Source of the DNA: Bugula neritina
Lineage: Eukaryota; Animalia; Bryozoa
Direction: 5' to 3'
DNA length: 64,000 bases
Assembly (NCBI GenBank): GCA_964035545.1
Contig: OZ037772.1
Span: 13,284,986-13,348,985, forward strand
Shown here: positions 63,201-64,000 of the stretch, one piece after another
Numbering within the stretch: the first letter of the stretch is position 1
How the letters are laid out: each line of letters begins with the position of its first letter
Translations under genes and position numbers: made by a program
The notes under the pieces: generated by a model
The model's database searches: none
What the model was told of the DNA's origin: nothing
The model's input: only the letters and a program-made list of their open reading frames with translations

Positions 63201-64000
63201 TTGGGGTTTGGGGTTTGGGGTTTGGGGTTTGGGGTTTGGGGTTTGGGGTTTGGGGGTTTGGGGTTTGGGGTTTGGGGTTTGGGGTTTGGGGTTTGGGGTT
63301 TGGGGTTTGGGGTTTGGGGTTTGGGGTTTGGGGTTTGGGGTTTGGGGTTTGGGGTTTGGGGTTTGGGGTTTGGGGTTTGGGGTTTGGGGTTTGGGGTTTG
63401 GGGTTTGGGGTTTGGGGTTTGGGGTTTGGGGTTGGGGTTTGGGGTTTGGGGTTTGGGGTTTGGGGTTTGGGGTTTGGGGTTTGGGGTTTGGGGTATGGGG
63501 TTTGGGGTTTGGGGTTTGGGGTTTGGGGTTTGGGGTTTGGGGTTTGGGGTTTGGGGTTGGGGTTTGGGGTTTGGGGTTTGGGGGGGTTTGGGGTTTGGGG
63601 TTTGGGGTTTGGGGGTTTGGGGTTTGGGGTTTGGGGTTTGGGGTTTGGGGTTTGGGGTTTGGGGTTTGGGGTTTGGGGTTTGGGGTTTGGGGTTTGGGGT
63701 TGGGGTTTGGGGTTTGGGGTTTGGGGTTTGGGGTTTGGGGTTTGGGGTTTGGGGTTTGGGGTTTGGGGTTTGGGGTTTGGGGTTTGGGGTTTGGGGTTTG
63801 GGGTTTGGGTGGGTTTGGGGTTTGGGGTTTGGGGTTTGGGGTTTGGGGTTTGGGGTTTGGGGTTTGGGGTTTGGGGTTTGGGGTTTGGGGTTTGGGGTTT
63901 GGGGTTTGGGGTTTGGGGTTTGGGGTTTGGGGTTTGGGGTTTGGGGTTTGGGGTTTGGGGTTTGGGTTTGGGGTTTGGGTTTGGGGTTTGGGGTTTGGGG
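54215..64000 (+). repeat. Telomere, (TTTGGGG)n, ~9.8 kb
   Basis: Uninterrupted G-rich array running 5' to 3' to the window end. It is perfect from 54228 to ~56570 and is preceded by TTGGGG and TTTAAGG variants. Confidence 0.95.

Noticed and set aside
54215-64000. Ciliate nanochromosome or contaminant as the source of the G4 telomere
   Set aside because: The array is ~10 kb, the linked genes use standard stop codons and long introns, and related motifs occur internally. Only a mis-join could rescue this reading.

Overview
This window is the right end of an AT-rich animal (invertebrate-type) chromosome and has three zones. (1) About 1-29.1 kb is genic, with three spliced genes that I rebuilt by hand from GT-AG junctions in consistent phase. 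These are a fatty-acid transport protein (SLC27/FATP; minus strand; 3' end outside the window), a secreted PAN-like + F-type lectin (minus strand, 250 aa), and, head-to-head with it, an unrecognised ~843 aa protein with two predicted membrane spans, NHL-like beta-propeller repeats and an EGF domain. Almost every intron carries its own minisatellite, and several arrays copy the splice signals. A 3.4 kb palindromic Sola2-like transposon derivative and two MITEs are also present. (2) About 29.1-54.2 kb is a subtelomeric mosaic of diverged duplications. A multi-exon, apparently non-coding unit carrying captured proteasome beta-2 (PSMB7) exons lies on +, faces an inverted copy across an (AGTCTTTTTTT)n to (AGTCTT)n satellite, and is followed by further partial copies. 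(3) From 54.2 kb to the end is a ~9.8 kb array of TTTGGGG, not the usual metazoan TTAGGG. Most ORFs in the supplied track are minisatellite translations. Family assignments come from motif recall; no database searches were run.
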